The notes beneath the pieces were generated by a model. It ran no database searches. It was not told where the DNA came from and saw nothing but the letters and a program-made list of their open reading frames with translations. This document shows, piece by piece, positions 34,958 to 44,743 of a DNA stretch of 49,375 nt. Within the stretch, counting starts at the first letter, position 1; every line of letters starts with the position of its first letter. The stretch is from a virus (taxonomy: Duplodnaviria; Caudoviricetes), in the IMG/VR virus record IMGVR_UViG_3300020458_000005, positions 1 through 49,375 of that record, one strand, 5' to 3'. The position numbers were made by a program, and so were the translations under genes.

Positions 34958-35479
34958 ATGAACAACGTGATTCCTTTTCGATACCAAGGCCAGCCGGTTC
35001 GGTTCAATACTGACGGGTGGATCAATGCGACTGATGTTGCTAAGCGCTACAAAAAACGGCCGGTTGATTGGCTGCGGCTTCCAGCGAGCAAGAACTACAT
35101 GTCCGCACTTTCTCGCGCGCTGGGCTTGGATACCGATGTGGGAAAATCTCACTTCGGGCTGGTGATGACCGAAAAGGGTGGCAAAATTCAAGGCACCTGG
35201 CTGCACCCCAAGCTGGCAGTAGCATTTGCCCGCTGGCTTGATGACGACTTCGCGGTCTGGTGCGACCTGCACATTGACGCTCTGCTGCATGGCGAACTGA
35301 ACGAACGCCAACAGTTCGAGCGCGCCTGCAAGGCGCTGGACGATGCCCGTCACATTGCAAGCCTGAGCGGAAAAGAGCTGGCCGCATGGCGCTGGAAAAA
35401 GCCGGGGCTTGAATGCCAGGTAGAGCACTGGCGCGAGCAACTGCAACTTACGTTGGGGTTGGATACTGCTGCAGCCTGA
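34958..35479 (+). CDS. KilA-N domain protein (antirepressor-like)
   Basis: DGWINATDVAK...WLRL...GTWLHPKLAVAFARWL..DFAVWCD. Confidence 0.88.
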   Translation: MNNVIPFRYQGQPVRFNTDGWINATDVAKRYKKRPVDWLRLPASKNYMSALSRALGLDTDVGKSHFGLVMTEKGGKIQGTWLHPKLAVAFARWLDDDFAVWCDLHIDALLHGELNERQQFERACKALDDARHIASLSGKELAAWRWKKPGLECQVEHWREQLQLTLGLDTAAA

Positions 35480-35537
35480 TTTGGCCACACGCTGACCTGG
35501 TGATACATTCCTCCCTGTCTATCAGGGAGGGGTGGTT

Positions 35538-36185
35538 ATGGCGGTAGGAAAATGTAAAGAGTGTGGTGGGCAGGTTGCATCAAGCGCAAAGGCCTGCCCT
35601 CACTGCGGCGCCAAGGTGAAAAAGAGCGTCGGAATTCTCGGCTGGCTCTTTGTTCTGCTGGTTGTTCTGCCGATTGCCTGGAAGTTTGGAACAGGCATGG
35701 GGGCTGCCGACAGAGGGCAATATGGATCGGCGGCATCCGCACCAGCGAAACCAGAAAAGCCTGCATGGGAGGCGAGCGAATTCACCGACAGCATGACGGA
35801 CGAGAAAGTCAGACTGCTGAAGTTGAGGTCTGACAATGCAACGCTTTTCGACTTTCCGTACAACCAGGCCGGCGGCTCTTACTTGACCATCACCTTCAGG
35901 AAGAAAGGGGGCGAGCTGGACGCCTACATGGTGATCGATAAGGGCCAGATGCTTTGCGGCGTCCGCGAGTGTGACTTTAGCGTGCGCATCGGTGATGGAG
36001 ATGTTCAAACTTGGTCTGGCGCGAGGTCCACAACAAACGACAGTGATGTCATATTCGTGATGGAGCCGCGAGTGCTGGAGCAAGTTGTTCGCCAGCAGAT
36101 CCCGTTCCGCATTGGCATAGATTTTTACCAGGCGGGCACAAGAGCTTTCGAGTTCTCACCAGCAGATTATCCCGGGTTTGATTAA
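35538..36185 (+). CDS. Zinc-ribbon + TM + periplasmic domain moron protein
   Basis: CKECG...CPHCG, one TM, soluble C-terminus; own GGAGG RBS and terminator. Confidence 0.75.
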   Translation: MAVGKCKECGGQVASSAKACPHCGAKVKKSVGILGWLFVLLVVLPIAWKFGTGMGAADRGQYGSAASAPAKPEKPAWEASEFTDSMTDEKVRLLKLRSDNATLFDFPYNQAGGSYLTITFRKKGGELDAYMVIDKGQMLCGVRECDFSVRIGDGDVQTWSGARSTTNDSDVIFVMEPRVLEQVVRQQIPFRIGIDFYQAGTRAFEFSPADYPGFD

Positions 36186-36203
36186 GCCAAGCCCGGTCAC
36201 CAC

Positions 36204-36227
36204 AAACCCGCTTCGGCGGGTTTTTTA
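36204..36227 (+). terminator. Intrinsic terminator
   Basis: AAACCCGC-TTCG-GCGGGTTTTTT. Confidence 0.8.
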
Positions 36228-36244
36228 TTGCCTGGAGAAAAGCA

Positions 36245-36727
36245 ATGTCCGATATGGACCTGTTCAAGATCAGAGACTCAGCAAACGACGGAATCAAGAT
36301 CGATCTTTTTGCGCCTGACGGGAAGCCAACTGAGCATTGGCTCGTTGTGCGCTCGATCTGGTCTGACGACTTTCAGTCGGCGCGATCTGAGGTGCTCCGA
36401 GCTGCAATGGAGGATGGCAAGAAAGCAGCGGCGCAGAAAGGCGAGTCTGCTGACAAGGCGCTCAAAGAGGCTGCCGTCAGGCGCCAAGCTGCGCTGATCG
36501 CTTCGCTGATCGCTGACTGGTCCTTTAAAGACAAACCGTGCACCGAGCAGAACAAGACACAGTTCCTGATCGACGCCCCGCAGATTCGGACGCACGTCGA
36601 GCGCATTGCGGAGCAAGACCAGCGTTTTTTCGCGAAAAGGTCGGCCAGCTCATCGCCTGGGGCGAGTCGGAAATCGCGCTCCTCCGGCACCCGCAAGGCA
36701 GCGACCGCTCGACCAAAGAACACCTGA
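36245..36727 (+). CDS. Tail assembly chaperone (gpG-like)
   Basis: Between the tail tube and tape measure genes; LIADWSF motif; slippery site near the 3' end. Confidence 0.8.
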   Translation: MSDMDLFKIRDSANDGIKIDLFAPDGKPTEHWLVVRSIWSDDFQSARSEVLRAAMEDGKKAAAQKGESADKALKEAAVRRQAALIASLIADWSFKDKPCTEQNKTQFLIDAPQIRTHVERIAEQDQRFFAKRSASSSPGASRKSRSSGTRKAATARPKNT

Positions 36728-36939
36728 TCGCCATCTGGCAGGCGACCGGCGAGCAGCCGGAAGAGCTGGCCAATCAGCCCGAATGCCCGGACGAAATCCG
36801 CTATTTGTGGGATTGGTTCTGGCAGGTCGCCGCCAACTTCAGTTTCACCGAATTAAGCCACTGGTCACAGCTCACCCGACGCAATCTGCGCGCCTGGGAG
36901 GTCGATGTGCTGTTTGAACTGTCGAGGGTTTGGAAATGA
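36625..36939 (+). CDS. -1 frameshift extension of the chaperone (gpGT-like)
   Basis: T TTT TTC heptamer at 36625-36631; -1 frame open to 36939 (PECP...YLWDWF). Confidence 0.75.
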   Translation, partial: FFREKVGQLIAWGESEIALLRHPQGSDRSTKEHLIAIWQATGEQPEELANQPECPDEIRYLWDWFWQVAANFSFTELSHWSQLTRRNLRAWEVDVLFELSRVWK

Positions 36940-39446
36940 CGGATTACGCGAGACTGGTTATTAGCGTCGACAGTCGGCAGGTGCGCAACGCGGACAAGGA
37001 CATGGCCGGAATGTCGCGCACTGCGTCAGGTCTAGCCAGCGGCGTCAGTCGGATGATTGGGCCTCTGCTGTCCGCTGCAACAGCAATGGCAGCGCTGAGC
37101 AAGGCGGTTTCCATCCAGCGGCAGTTTGACGTTCTGAATGCTGGCCTGATTACCGCCACTGGCAATAGCGAGAAGGCAGCCCAAGCCTTCGAGGCGCTGC
37201 AGGACTTTGCGGCCAAAACGCCGTACTCGCTTGACCAGGCTGTTGAAGGCTTTACCAAGCTGGTGAACTTGGGCCTGACCCCGTCTGAGCAGGCTTTGCT
37301 TTCCTATGGCAACACGGCGTCTGCCATGGGCAAAGACCTTAATCAGATGATTGAGGCCGTGGCCGACGCTGCCACAGGAGAGTTTGAGCGCCTCAAAGAA
37401 TTTGGCATCAAGGCCAAGCAAGAGGGTGACAGCGTCTCGCTGACTTTCCGTGGCACCACCACCAGGATTGGGAACAATGCCAGAGAGATCGAGGAATACC
37501 TGACAGCCCTTGGCGAAAACGAGTTTGCCGGCGCCATGGAGCGACGGATGGATACGCTCGACGGGGCCATGTCCAACCTTGGCGACACCTGGGATCAGAC
37601 TTACCGACTGATCAACGAAGCTGGCCTTGGCGAGCTGATGGAAGACTCGGTGCGGGGAACCATCGCAGCGCTTGAGGAGCTTAATGCTGCGCTTGATTCC
37701 GGCCAGTTGGAGACCTTTCTTTCCGCCATCGCCGGCAAGTTCGACGGCTTTGGTCGCGACGTTGATGCGTCGTTTGAGATCATCACTCAGCTTATCAAGA
37801 CCGATACCAGTCGCTGGGATGCACTGATCGAGAACAACGTGAACACGATGATTGCGACGTTCCGGGACTTTCCGGAGAACGTCCGCGCATTCATCCAGAT
37901 CATGACTGTTGAAGTTCTTGCCGGCTTCGACATGGTGAAAGCGTACGCCAGGGCATTCAATGACGGCATCAATGCCATCTTCACGAATGACACATGGAGC
38001 GGCGTAGGGGATCGGCTGGAGCGTGAGCTTTCCATTGCCAGCTCTACCAGGGAAGGCAGCATCATCAGCATCATCACGGAGCGCGATGCCGCACTGGCTT
38101 CGTTTGATGCGCAGATCAATGCCGCTGGCGAATTGCGCAAATCCTATGACGATTTGCGGGCTGCGCGCGCGGCGGGCACTGACGATCGCCTTGAGCGGTT
38201 TGGAGTTGGTGCGAGCGGAAGCGGCTCTGGGGATAGCGCCGGCACGGTAGCGAGCGCAAAAAAACTAGCCACGGCCTACGCATCGGCAGCGCGCGGCCTG
38301 GAACGCCAGGTAGAGCTCTACGGGCAAAGCACCGAGCTTGCGCGCCTCAACTACGAGATCGTGAGCGGCTCGCTTCAGGGGATTGAGCCTGACCAGGCCA
38401 AGTACCTGCGCGGACTCGCTAAAGAGATCGACGACAGGGAGGCCCTCAACGAGATCCAGAACATCAACCTGGAGCTGCTGCGCGCGACCGGTCAGGAGCG
38501 TGCAGCGCGCGACCTGCAGTTTGAGCTGGAGTATGCAGAGCGGATTGCCGAGTACGAACGGCAGGGCAACGAGGAAGCTCTGGCCAGGCTGCGCGTGCTG
38601 CGCCAGATTCGCGAGGTCAATGCGCAGCCTGAGCCCGGCACCGTGGAGGGTGTTAGCAAGGCGCCAGGCTCCGACTTCGGAGGCCTGAACACTACCGGCT
38701 TTATCACTGACCTTGAGCGCCTGGACGAACAGGCCGAAGAGCTGCAGCAGTGGCGCGAGCAGGAGCTGGAGCGTCAGCGCGAGTATCTGGAGCTCAAGGA
38801 AATCGAGGAAGAGGTTCACGCCGAGCGCGTAGCTAACATCTACGAGCAGAGCCGCGAGCGCCTGGAGTCCATCGAGAAAGCGCGCCAAGACGTCATGCTG
38901 CAGGCGGGCGCGTCGTTTTTCGGCGACATGTCCGACCTTGCGAAAGTGTATGCAGGCGAGCAGTCGGGCATCTACAAGGCGCTGTTCACTGCCCAAAAAG
39001 CCTACTCAACGGTCAGCGTGCTGCTGTCCAGCGCGGATGCTATCGGCAAGGCCTGGGCATCTGCTCCGTTCCCGGCCAACCTGCCGGCCGTTGCGATTGC
39101 GACAGCAGAGACGGGCGCATTGAAGGCCATCGTCAATGCGGCGTCACCCGGATTCCAGCAGGGCGGTTACACCGGAAACATGGGCATCAGCGACGTGGCT
39201 GGCGTGGTCCACGGTCGCGAGTTCGTGTTTGATGCTGACGCCACCGCTCGTATCGGGGTGCAGAACCTTGAGGCGATCCGTCGCGGCCAGCAGGCGCCGG
39301 CAGCAGCAAACGGCGATACCTACTACAACGCCACGGTGAATGCCCGATTCGCCCCGGGCATGACCAATCAGGAAATGCGCCGGGCCAGCTCGGCGGTATC
39401 GCGCGACGTGAGCAACCAGTTGCGCAAAATGCAGAGGTTCAGCTGA
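36936..39446 (+). CDS. Tape measure protein
   Basis: Long Ala-rich helical protein; FAAKTPYSL...GEFERLKEFGI; C-terminal GGYTG...AGVVHGREFV. Confidence 0.92.
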   Translation: MTDYARLVISVDSRQVRNADKDMAGMSRTASGLASGVSRMIGPLLSAATAMAALSKAVSIQRQFDVLNAGLITATGNSEKAAQAFEALQDFAAKTPYSLDQAVEGFTKLVNLGLTPSEQALLSYGNTASAMGKDLNQMIEAVADAATGEFERLKEFGIKAKQEGDSVSLTFRGTTTRIGNNAREIEEYLTALGENEFAGAMERRMDTLDGAMSNLGDTWDQTYRLINEAGLGELMEDSVRGTIAALEELNAALDSGQLETFLSAIAGKFDGFGRDVDASFEIITQLIKTDTSRWDALIENNVNTMIATFRDFPENVRAFIQIMTVEVLAGFDMVKAYARAFNDGINAIFTNDTWSGVGDRLERELSIASSTREGSIISIITERDAALASFDAQINAAGELRKSYDDLRAARAAGTDDRLERFGVGASGSGSGDSAGTVASAKKLATAYASAARGLERQVELYGQSTELARLNYEIVSGSLQGIEPDQAKYLRGLAKEIDDREALNEIQNINLELLRATGQERAARDLQFELEYAERIAEYERQGNEEALARLRVLRQIREVNAQPEPGTVEGVSKAPGSDFGGLNTTGFITDLERLDEQAEELQQWREQELERQREYLELKEIEEEVHAERVANIYEQSRERLESIEKARQDVMLQAGASFFGDMSDLAKVYAGEQSGIYKALFTAQKAYSTVSVLLSSADAIGKAWASAPFPANLPAVAIATAETGALKAIVNAASPGFQQGGYTGNMGISDVAGVVHGREFVFDADATARIGVQNLEAIRRGQQAPAAANGDTYYNATVNARFAPGMTNQEMRRASSAVSRDVSNQLRKMQRFS

Positions 39447-40315
39447 TGACGCAGTTTCTTGAAGAGCTGTTCCCGGAGAATGTCGACTATGGCTCGGGCT
39501 TTGCTGCCGGCTATAAAAACTGGATCGTGCGGACGCTGGGAGGCGATGAATACCGCAGCCAGCAGCACCCGTTTATTCAGGCGACGCTGAATGTCGACTT
39601 TGAGCGACAGACCAACCAGGTAGTCAGCGATGTCATTGACCTGAACAACCGGGCGGGCGGAACACTGTGTGGATTCCGGGTGTTTCACCCGGTTGATCAC
39701 AGCACAAACGACTACCGCGGCACGCCGACAGCCTTTGACCAGCATCTGCCTGAAGCTGTGGTGAGTGGGTACCAGTTGACACGTTGGTATGGCGATTACA
39801 CCGACCCTACCTGTCGGCGTCGCCGTATCCGCAAGCCCCGCAGCGGGACCGTGCTGGTAGGCGTGGCCGGACAGGTATACCCGGCGGCGCAGTGGTCGGT
39901 GGATTACACCACCGGGATTGTCACCTGGGCTGCCAACAAATCGCGTTCGATCACGGCTATCACGCAGGCAAGCGCCGCAGTGCTGACGGTGGGCAGCAAC
40001 ACCTTTACTGCCGGCGAGTCTGTAGTTGTCAGTGGCGTGGCGGGCATGACCGAGATCAACGGGGTGCGCGCACTGATCACGGCCAGAACCGCCACCACGA
40101 TCACGGTGGCCATCAATTCCAGTGCATTCAGCGCTTACGTGAGCGGAGGCACTGTGCAGACCAACCCTATTGCAGGAGAGGTTCTGACGGCGGGCTGCAA
40201 GTATGACCTCCCGATGCGCTTCTCCGACGACCTGGGCGGCACCTTTTCCAACTGGGACACCATCGACGCTTCAGGCATCGGTCTGCTCGAAATCCTGAAT
40301 CCGGACCCACAATGA
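39446..40315 (+). CDS. Distal tail protein (DUF2460-like) with inserted domain
   Basis: RRIRKP, VDYTTGIVT, YDLPMRF; insertion ITAITQA...SAFSAYVSGG. Confidence 0.75.
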   Translation: MTQFLEELFPENVDYGSGFAAGYKNWIVRTLGGDEYRSQQHPFIQATLNVDFERQTNQVVSDVIDLNNRAGGTLCGFRVFHPVDHSTNDYRGTPTAFDQHLPEAVVSGYQLTRWYGDYTDPTCRRRRIRKPRSGTVLVGVAGQVYPAAQWSVDYTTGIVTWAANKSRSITAITQASAAVLTVGSNTFTAGESVVVSGVAGMTEINGVRALITARTATTITVAINSSAFSAYVSGGTVQTNPIAGEVLTAGCKYDLPMRFSDDLGGTFSNWDTIDASGIGLLEILNPDPQ

Positions 40316-41199
40316 AATCACATGTTGCCGATTACCGGACGCGGACCTACTGCGCCCGGATCGAGCCCGTGGGCGATCAGCCGGTTGTGAGGCTGACCAG
40401 CTACCCCGTGGCGCTGAAAATGAGCAATGGCGAGGTGTATCAGGCCACCAGTGGCTATGAGTTCAGCGGCATGGCCGCTACCTCTGATATGTCGGGCAGC
40501 GGCGTGGACCTGGACGGCATCCTGCAGACAGGGGCGATCACCCTGGACGACCTGCAGGTGGGTGCTTACGACAATGCCAGGGTGTACGTGTTTGCCACCA
40601 GCTGGGCCGCACCGGTTGAAGATGAAGAGCCGCTGTCCATGATGTTCTTCGGCAAGGTAGACATCACCGACCACCGGTACCGCGTGCAGCTCATGAGCAT
40701 GGCGGACGTGTTAAGCCAGAAGGTTGGCCGCAACTACAGCCCGTCGTGCCCCTGGACGCTGTTCGATCAGCATTTGGGCGGCAACCTGATTGCCACCGAT
40801 CGCAGCCGCTGCACCGGGCCGCGCACCAACCCGGACGGCCCTCAGCTGGCCGACTACCTGGTGACCGGCACCCTCACAGCTGTGGCCAGCCAGTACCAGT
40901 TCACTGACAGCAGCAGGGTAGAGGCTGACGACTGGTTCGGCTATGGCGAGATTCGGTTCACTACCGGAGATAACGCCGGGCTCAAGCCGACGCAGATCAA
41001 GGCGTTTGCCGGCGGCGCGTTTACGCTGCATGAGGCCCTGCCGTATCCGGCACAGGTGGGCGATGAGTACGAGGCCATTCCGGGTTGCCGCAAGCGCCGG
41101 CAGGACTGCCGCGACAAGTTCGACAACGTGGTCAACTTCGGCGGCCAGCCCGACGTGCCCAGCAAAACCCAGTACACCCAACGAGGGCGCGGAGCATGA
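40312..41199 (+). CDS. Baseplate hub protein (DUF2163/GTA-like)
   Basis: PGCRKRRQDCRDKFDNVVNFGGQP C-terminal motif. Confidence 0.8.
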   Translation: MKSHVADYRTRTYCARIEPVGDQPVVRLTSYPVALKMSNGEVYQATSGYEFSGMAATSDMSGSGVDLDGILQTGAITLDDLQVGAYDNARVYVFATSWAAPVEDEEPLSMMFFGKVDITDHRYRVQLMSMADVLSQKVGRNYSPSCPWTLFDQHLGGNLIATDRSRCTGPRTNPDGPQLADYLVTGTLTAVASQYQFTDSSRVEADDWFGYGEIRFTTGDNAGLKPTQIKAFAGGAFTLHEALPYPAQVGDEYEAIPGCRKRRQDCRDKFDNVVNFGGQPDVPSKTQYTQRGRGA

Positions 41200-41621
41200 C
41201 GCCAGACGACATTATTGCCGCTGCTCTGGAGTGCATGGGCACCCCGTTTTTGCATCAGGGGCGCGTGCCTGGCGTGGGCATGGACTGCGCGGGCGTGCTG
41301 GTGCATTGCTTCAAGCGCCTTGGCCTGCCGCATCAGGATGAGCGCGGCTACCCACGCACGCCATTTGATGGCCAGCTGGAACGCATTCTGGACAGCCAGC
41401 CATCGCTGCAGCGCATCGCCCTTGCGGATGCCGGCCCCGGTGACTGGCTGATCATGCGCATGTCGCGCGACCCGCAGCACATCGCCCTGCACGCCGGCTT
41501 TGAGCGCGGACACCCCTACATCATTCACAGCACGTCAGAGTCCGGGCGCGTGGTTCGCCACCGGCTTGACGCTCTCAATCGCACCCGGGTGACCGGGGCT
41601 TACAGGATGGTCGCTGCATGA
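41196..41621 (+). CDS. NlpC/P60 tail peptidase
   Basis: GTPFLHQGR..G.GMDCAG...HIAL..IIH. Confidence 0.88.
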   Translation: MTPDDIIAAALECMGTPFLHQGRVPGVGMDCAGVLVHCFKRLGLPHQDERGYPRTPFDGQLERILDSQPSLQRIALADAGPGDWLIMRMSRDPQHIALHAGFERGHPYIIHSTSESGRVVRHRLDALNRTRVTGAYRMVAA

Positions 41622-44600
41622 GCACACAAAGCGCGATTGGGGCGATTGTCGGCGGGGCAATTGGCTTCTTCGTCGGCGGTCCAGCTGGAGCCCTCTATGG
41701 GGCCGCCCTGGGCGCTGGCGTTGGGGCTGTGGTCGGCGGTGTGGGCATCAGCTACGACGGCCCGCGCCTGTCTGACCTGAGCGTGCAGACCAGCACCTAC
41801 GGCGCCGACATTCCGCGTGTGCACAGCACCATCGTTGTCAGCGGCAATGTGCTCTGGCTGGAAAACAACAAACTGCGCGAGCGCGTGCGCAAGGTCAGCA
41901 GCGGCGGTAAGGGTGGCGGGTCCAGCGCGACCAAGGAATACACCTACTTTGCCACGTTCCATCTGGGCCTGTGTGAGGGCGAGGTGGCGGGCATTCGCCG
42001 GATCTGGTGCTCAGACAAGCTGCTGTACGACGCCGGCAGTGATGATCTGGAAACCATCATTGCCAGCAATGAGGCGGCGCGCAACTGGACTTTCTACAGC
42101 GGGTCAGACGACCAGCTGCCGACCGCGCGCTATGAGGCCGACGTGGGCGTGGGCAACGCCACCGGCCACCGTGGCTTGTGCTACATCGAGTTCCGCGACT
42201 TTGAGCTGACCGACTACGGCAACACCCTGGAGGGCGCGCAGTTTCGGATTGAGTTGATCAAGGCTACGAACGTTGAGTCTCCGGCATACATGTATGACCG
42301 CGAGTATGACGGCCAGCCCGTCTACGCCGATAGCGCGGTATTCATCACCGCCACTCACGCGACCACGGAGTTCATCGAGATTGGCGGCACCGAGTACTGC
42401 CAGGCTCGGATGTTCTTCAACACCTACAACCACGACGGAGCGCTGATCAAGGTTAGCAGCCGCACTGCCAGGCTCGTGAGGATTGGCACCACGCCCATCG
42501 GTGGCTACCGGGCCAGGCCCATCAACGGGACCACGAATTTTGCCATCCACGACATAGTCAACGACATTACCGGCGGCGACGTGCCGGAGTTTGCTGGCGA
42601 AATTCCCGCGCCCGCATCGTGGGACTCTGCTATCTGGAGCTATGCCGGCGGCTCTTACTGGTTCCAGACCGTGACCGGGTTTTTGATGGTCCGTGGCTCT
42701 GAGTTTGTGCCGGTCACGGTTCCGGGCCTCGTCAACTACGCCTCGATCTTCATCGCAGAGGACACTGCGACCGGCCGGGTCTACATCCGTCACAGCACCA
42801 GCGACAGCATTGTTGGCGAGCTGAACCCGGAGACCGGGGCTATACTGTGGTCCGAGGTGCTATTCAACGGCACGGCTGGCGTTCAGGCGTCTCCGTTCGC
42901 CTGCTACGGCGGCCGCATGCTGGTGCACGACCTCAATGAGGTCAGGGTCTACGACGTTTCGGGTACGACTGCCGAGCTGGTCGATTCAGCCGCCGTGGCA
43001 ACAGTGCGCGGGCCGGTGCATGCTTATGCCCCCGGCTTTGGTATCACGGCTGTGGGCGTCTATCAGATCAGCGATCGCTCCAGCTCGGACAACTCACTGC
43101 TATCGGACGTCATCGAGCAAGAGGTCGAGCTGTCCGGCCTGCTCACTGCTGCTGATATCGACGTCACCGCGCTCACTCAAGAGGTCAAAGGCTACCGCGT
43201 AACCGGCGGCTCTGTTCGCGCCGCGCTGGAGCCGCTGGCCGCTGCCTACCAGTTCGACATCATCCCGTCGGGCTACAAGCTCAAAGCGGTGCCGCGCGGA
43301 CAGGCCAGCGTGCTGACCGTGCCCTATGCCGACCTGGGCGCCACTGCCAGCGACACGCCCAGCGATGTTTTCAAAATGGCGCGCGAGATGGACAGCCAGC
43401 TGCCGGCGAAAACCGTGGTCAAATACCTCGACGCGGCCCGCGAGTACGACATCGGCGAGCAGTCCTCAACGCGCATCAATACCGAGGCCGTCAACGAGGT
43501 AGAGAGCGAGCTTGCCCTGGTGCTGGGTGCAGATGAGGCAGCAGGCATTGCCGAAGTTCTGCAGTCGCGTGCCTGGCTCGAGCGCACCGACGTTTCGTTC
43601 ACCCTGCCGCCGACGTATCTCGCGCTGGAGCCGTGCGACGTAATCACCGTGCAAACGCCGGATGCTGACTATGAGGTGCTGGCCAGCGAGCTGGAGTACA
43701 CGCAAGACGGCCGCATTGAGGTTAAGGCCAAGCCGAACGCGGCAGCGGTCTATACCCCGAATGCGTCAGGCGGGGAGGGGAACACCCCGCCCAGCACCAT
43801 CGGCGTGGCCGGGCCGTCGCTGTTTGTGCCGCTAGACATCCCTGTAGTTGATGAAACGGTCCAGAACGCCCCCGGCTTTGTCGGCACGCTCACCGGTTAC
43901 ACCGGCGGCTGGCCGGGCGGGGTGGTGTATCGCTCGCCCGACAACGGCCAGACCTGGGTAGACCTGCAGGCGTGGTCCGCCAAATGCACCGTTGGCTCTA
44001 CGCCCGGCGCACTGGCTGAGCACGACGGCTACCTGATCGACCAGACCCAGCTCAACGTCATCATGATCAGCGGCGCGCTGGAGGGCATCACCCGCGACCA
44101 GCTGCTCGCCGGCTACAACTACGCAGCCTATGGCGTTGATGGCCGGTGGGAGATCGTGCGCTTTCAAAATGCCGACCTGCAGGCTGACGGAAGCTACACC
44201 CTGTCCGATTTTGTGCGTGGCGACAAAGGGACGGAGTGGGCTACCGGCCTGCACCAGCCGGGCGATTGGTTCATTCTGCTGGGCGACCCGGACAACGCAT
44301 TCATCGGCATGGCCGCCGAGCTGATCGGCATTGACCGGCTGTATCGCAGCATCACCCAGCGGGCCAGCATCGATACCGGCGGCGACGTGCCGTTCACCTA
44401 CCGGGGCGTCAACCTGGAGCCGCTGAGCCCTGTATATGCCAACGCCACGCGCGACGGCAGCGGCAACCTGACCGCCACGTTCGTGCGCCGCTCGCGCCTG
44501 AGCAGCAGCTGGTGGGGCACGGGCGTGGTTGCGCCAGTCGGCGAGGCCACGCAAGCGTTTGAGGTCGACGTGCTGGACGGGGAAACCGTAGTCCGCACGA

Positions 44601-44743
44601 TCGAGACCGCAACAGAAGCATTCAGTTATTCAGCCGCAGACCAGACCACGGACTTCGGCAGCCCGCAATCATCCATCACATTCCGCATCTACCAGCTGAG
44701 CGAAACGGTAGGGCGGGGCTATGCCTACGAGGTAACACTGTGA
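41618..44743 (+). CDS. Tail tip/central fibre protein
   Basis: STYGADIP, GLCEG...IRRIW, LEPCDVI; 1041 aa. Confidence 0.85.
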   Translation: MSTQSAIGAIVGGAIGFFVGGPAGALYGAALGAGVGAVVGGVGISYDGPRLSDLSVQTSTYGADIPRVHSTIVVSGNVLWLENNKLRERVRKVSSGGKGGGSSATKEYTYFATFHLGLCEGEVAGIRRIWCSDKLLYDAGSDDLETIIASNEAARNWTFYSGSDDQLPTARYEADVGVGNATGHRGLCYIEFRDFELTDYGNTLEGAQFRIELIKATNVESPAYMYDREYDGQPVYADSAVFITATHATTEFIEIGGTEYCQARMFFNTYNHDGALIKVSSRTARLVRIGTTPIGGYRARPINGTTNFAIHDIVNDITGGDVPEFAGEIPAPASWDSAIWSYAGGSYWFQTVTGFLMVRGSEFVPVTVPGLVNYASIFIAEDTATGRVYIRHSTSDSIVGELNPETGAILWSEVLFNGTAGVQASPFACYGGRMLVHDLNEVRVYDVSGTTAELVDSAAVATVRGPVHAYAPGFGITAVGVYQISDRSSSDNSLLSDVIEQEVELSGLLTAADIDVTALTQEVKGYRVTGGSVRAALEPLAAAYQFDIIPSGYKLKAVPRGQASVLTVPYADLGATASDTPSDVFKMAREMDSQLPAKTVVKYLDAAREYDIGEQSSTRINTEAVNEVESELALVLGADEAAGIAEVLQSRAWLERTDVSFTLPPTYLALEPCDVITVQTPDADYEVLASELEYTQDGRIEVKAKPNAAAVYTPNASGGEGNTPPSTIGVAGPSLFVPLDIPVVDETVQNAPGFVGTLTGYTGGWPGGVVYRSPDNGQTWVDLQAWSAKCTVGSTPGALAEHDGYLIDQTQLNVIMISGALEGITRDQLLAGYNYAAYGVDGRWEIVRFQNADLQADGSYTLSDFVRGDKGTEWATGLHQPGDWFILLGDPDNAFIGMAAELIGIDRLYRSITQRASIDTGGDVPFTYRGVNLEPLSPVYANATRDGSGNLTATFVRRSRLSSSWWGTGVVAPVGEATQAFEVDVLDGETVVRTIETATEAFSYSAADQTTDFGSPQSSITFRIYQLSETVGRGYAYEVTL

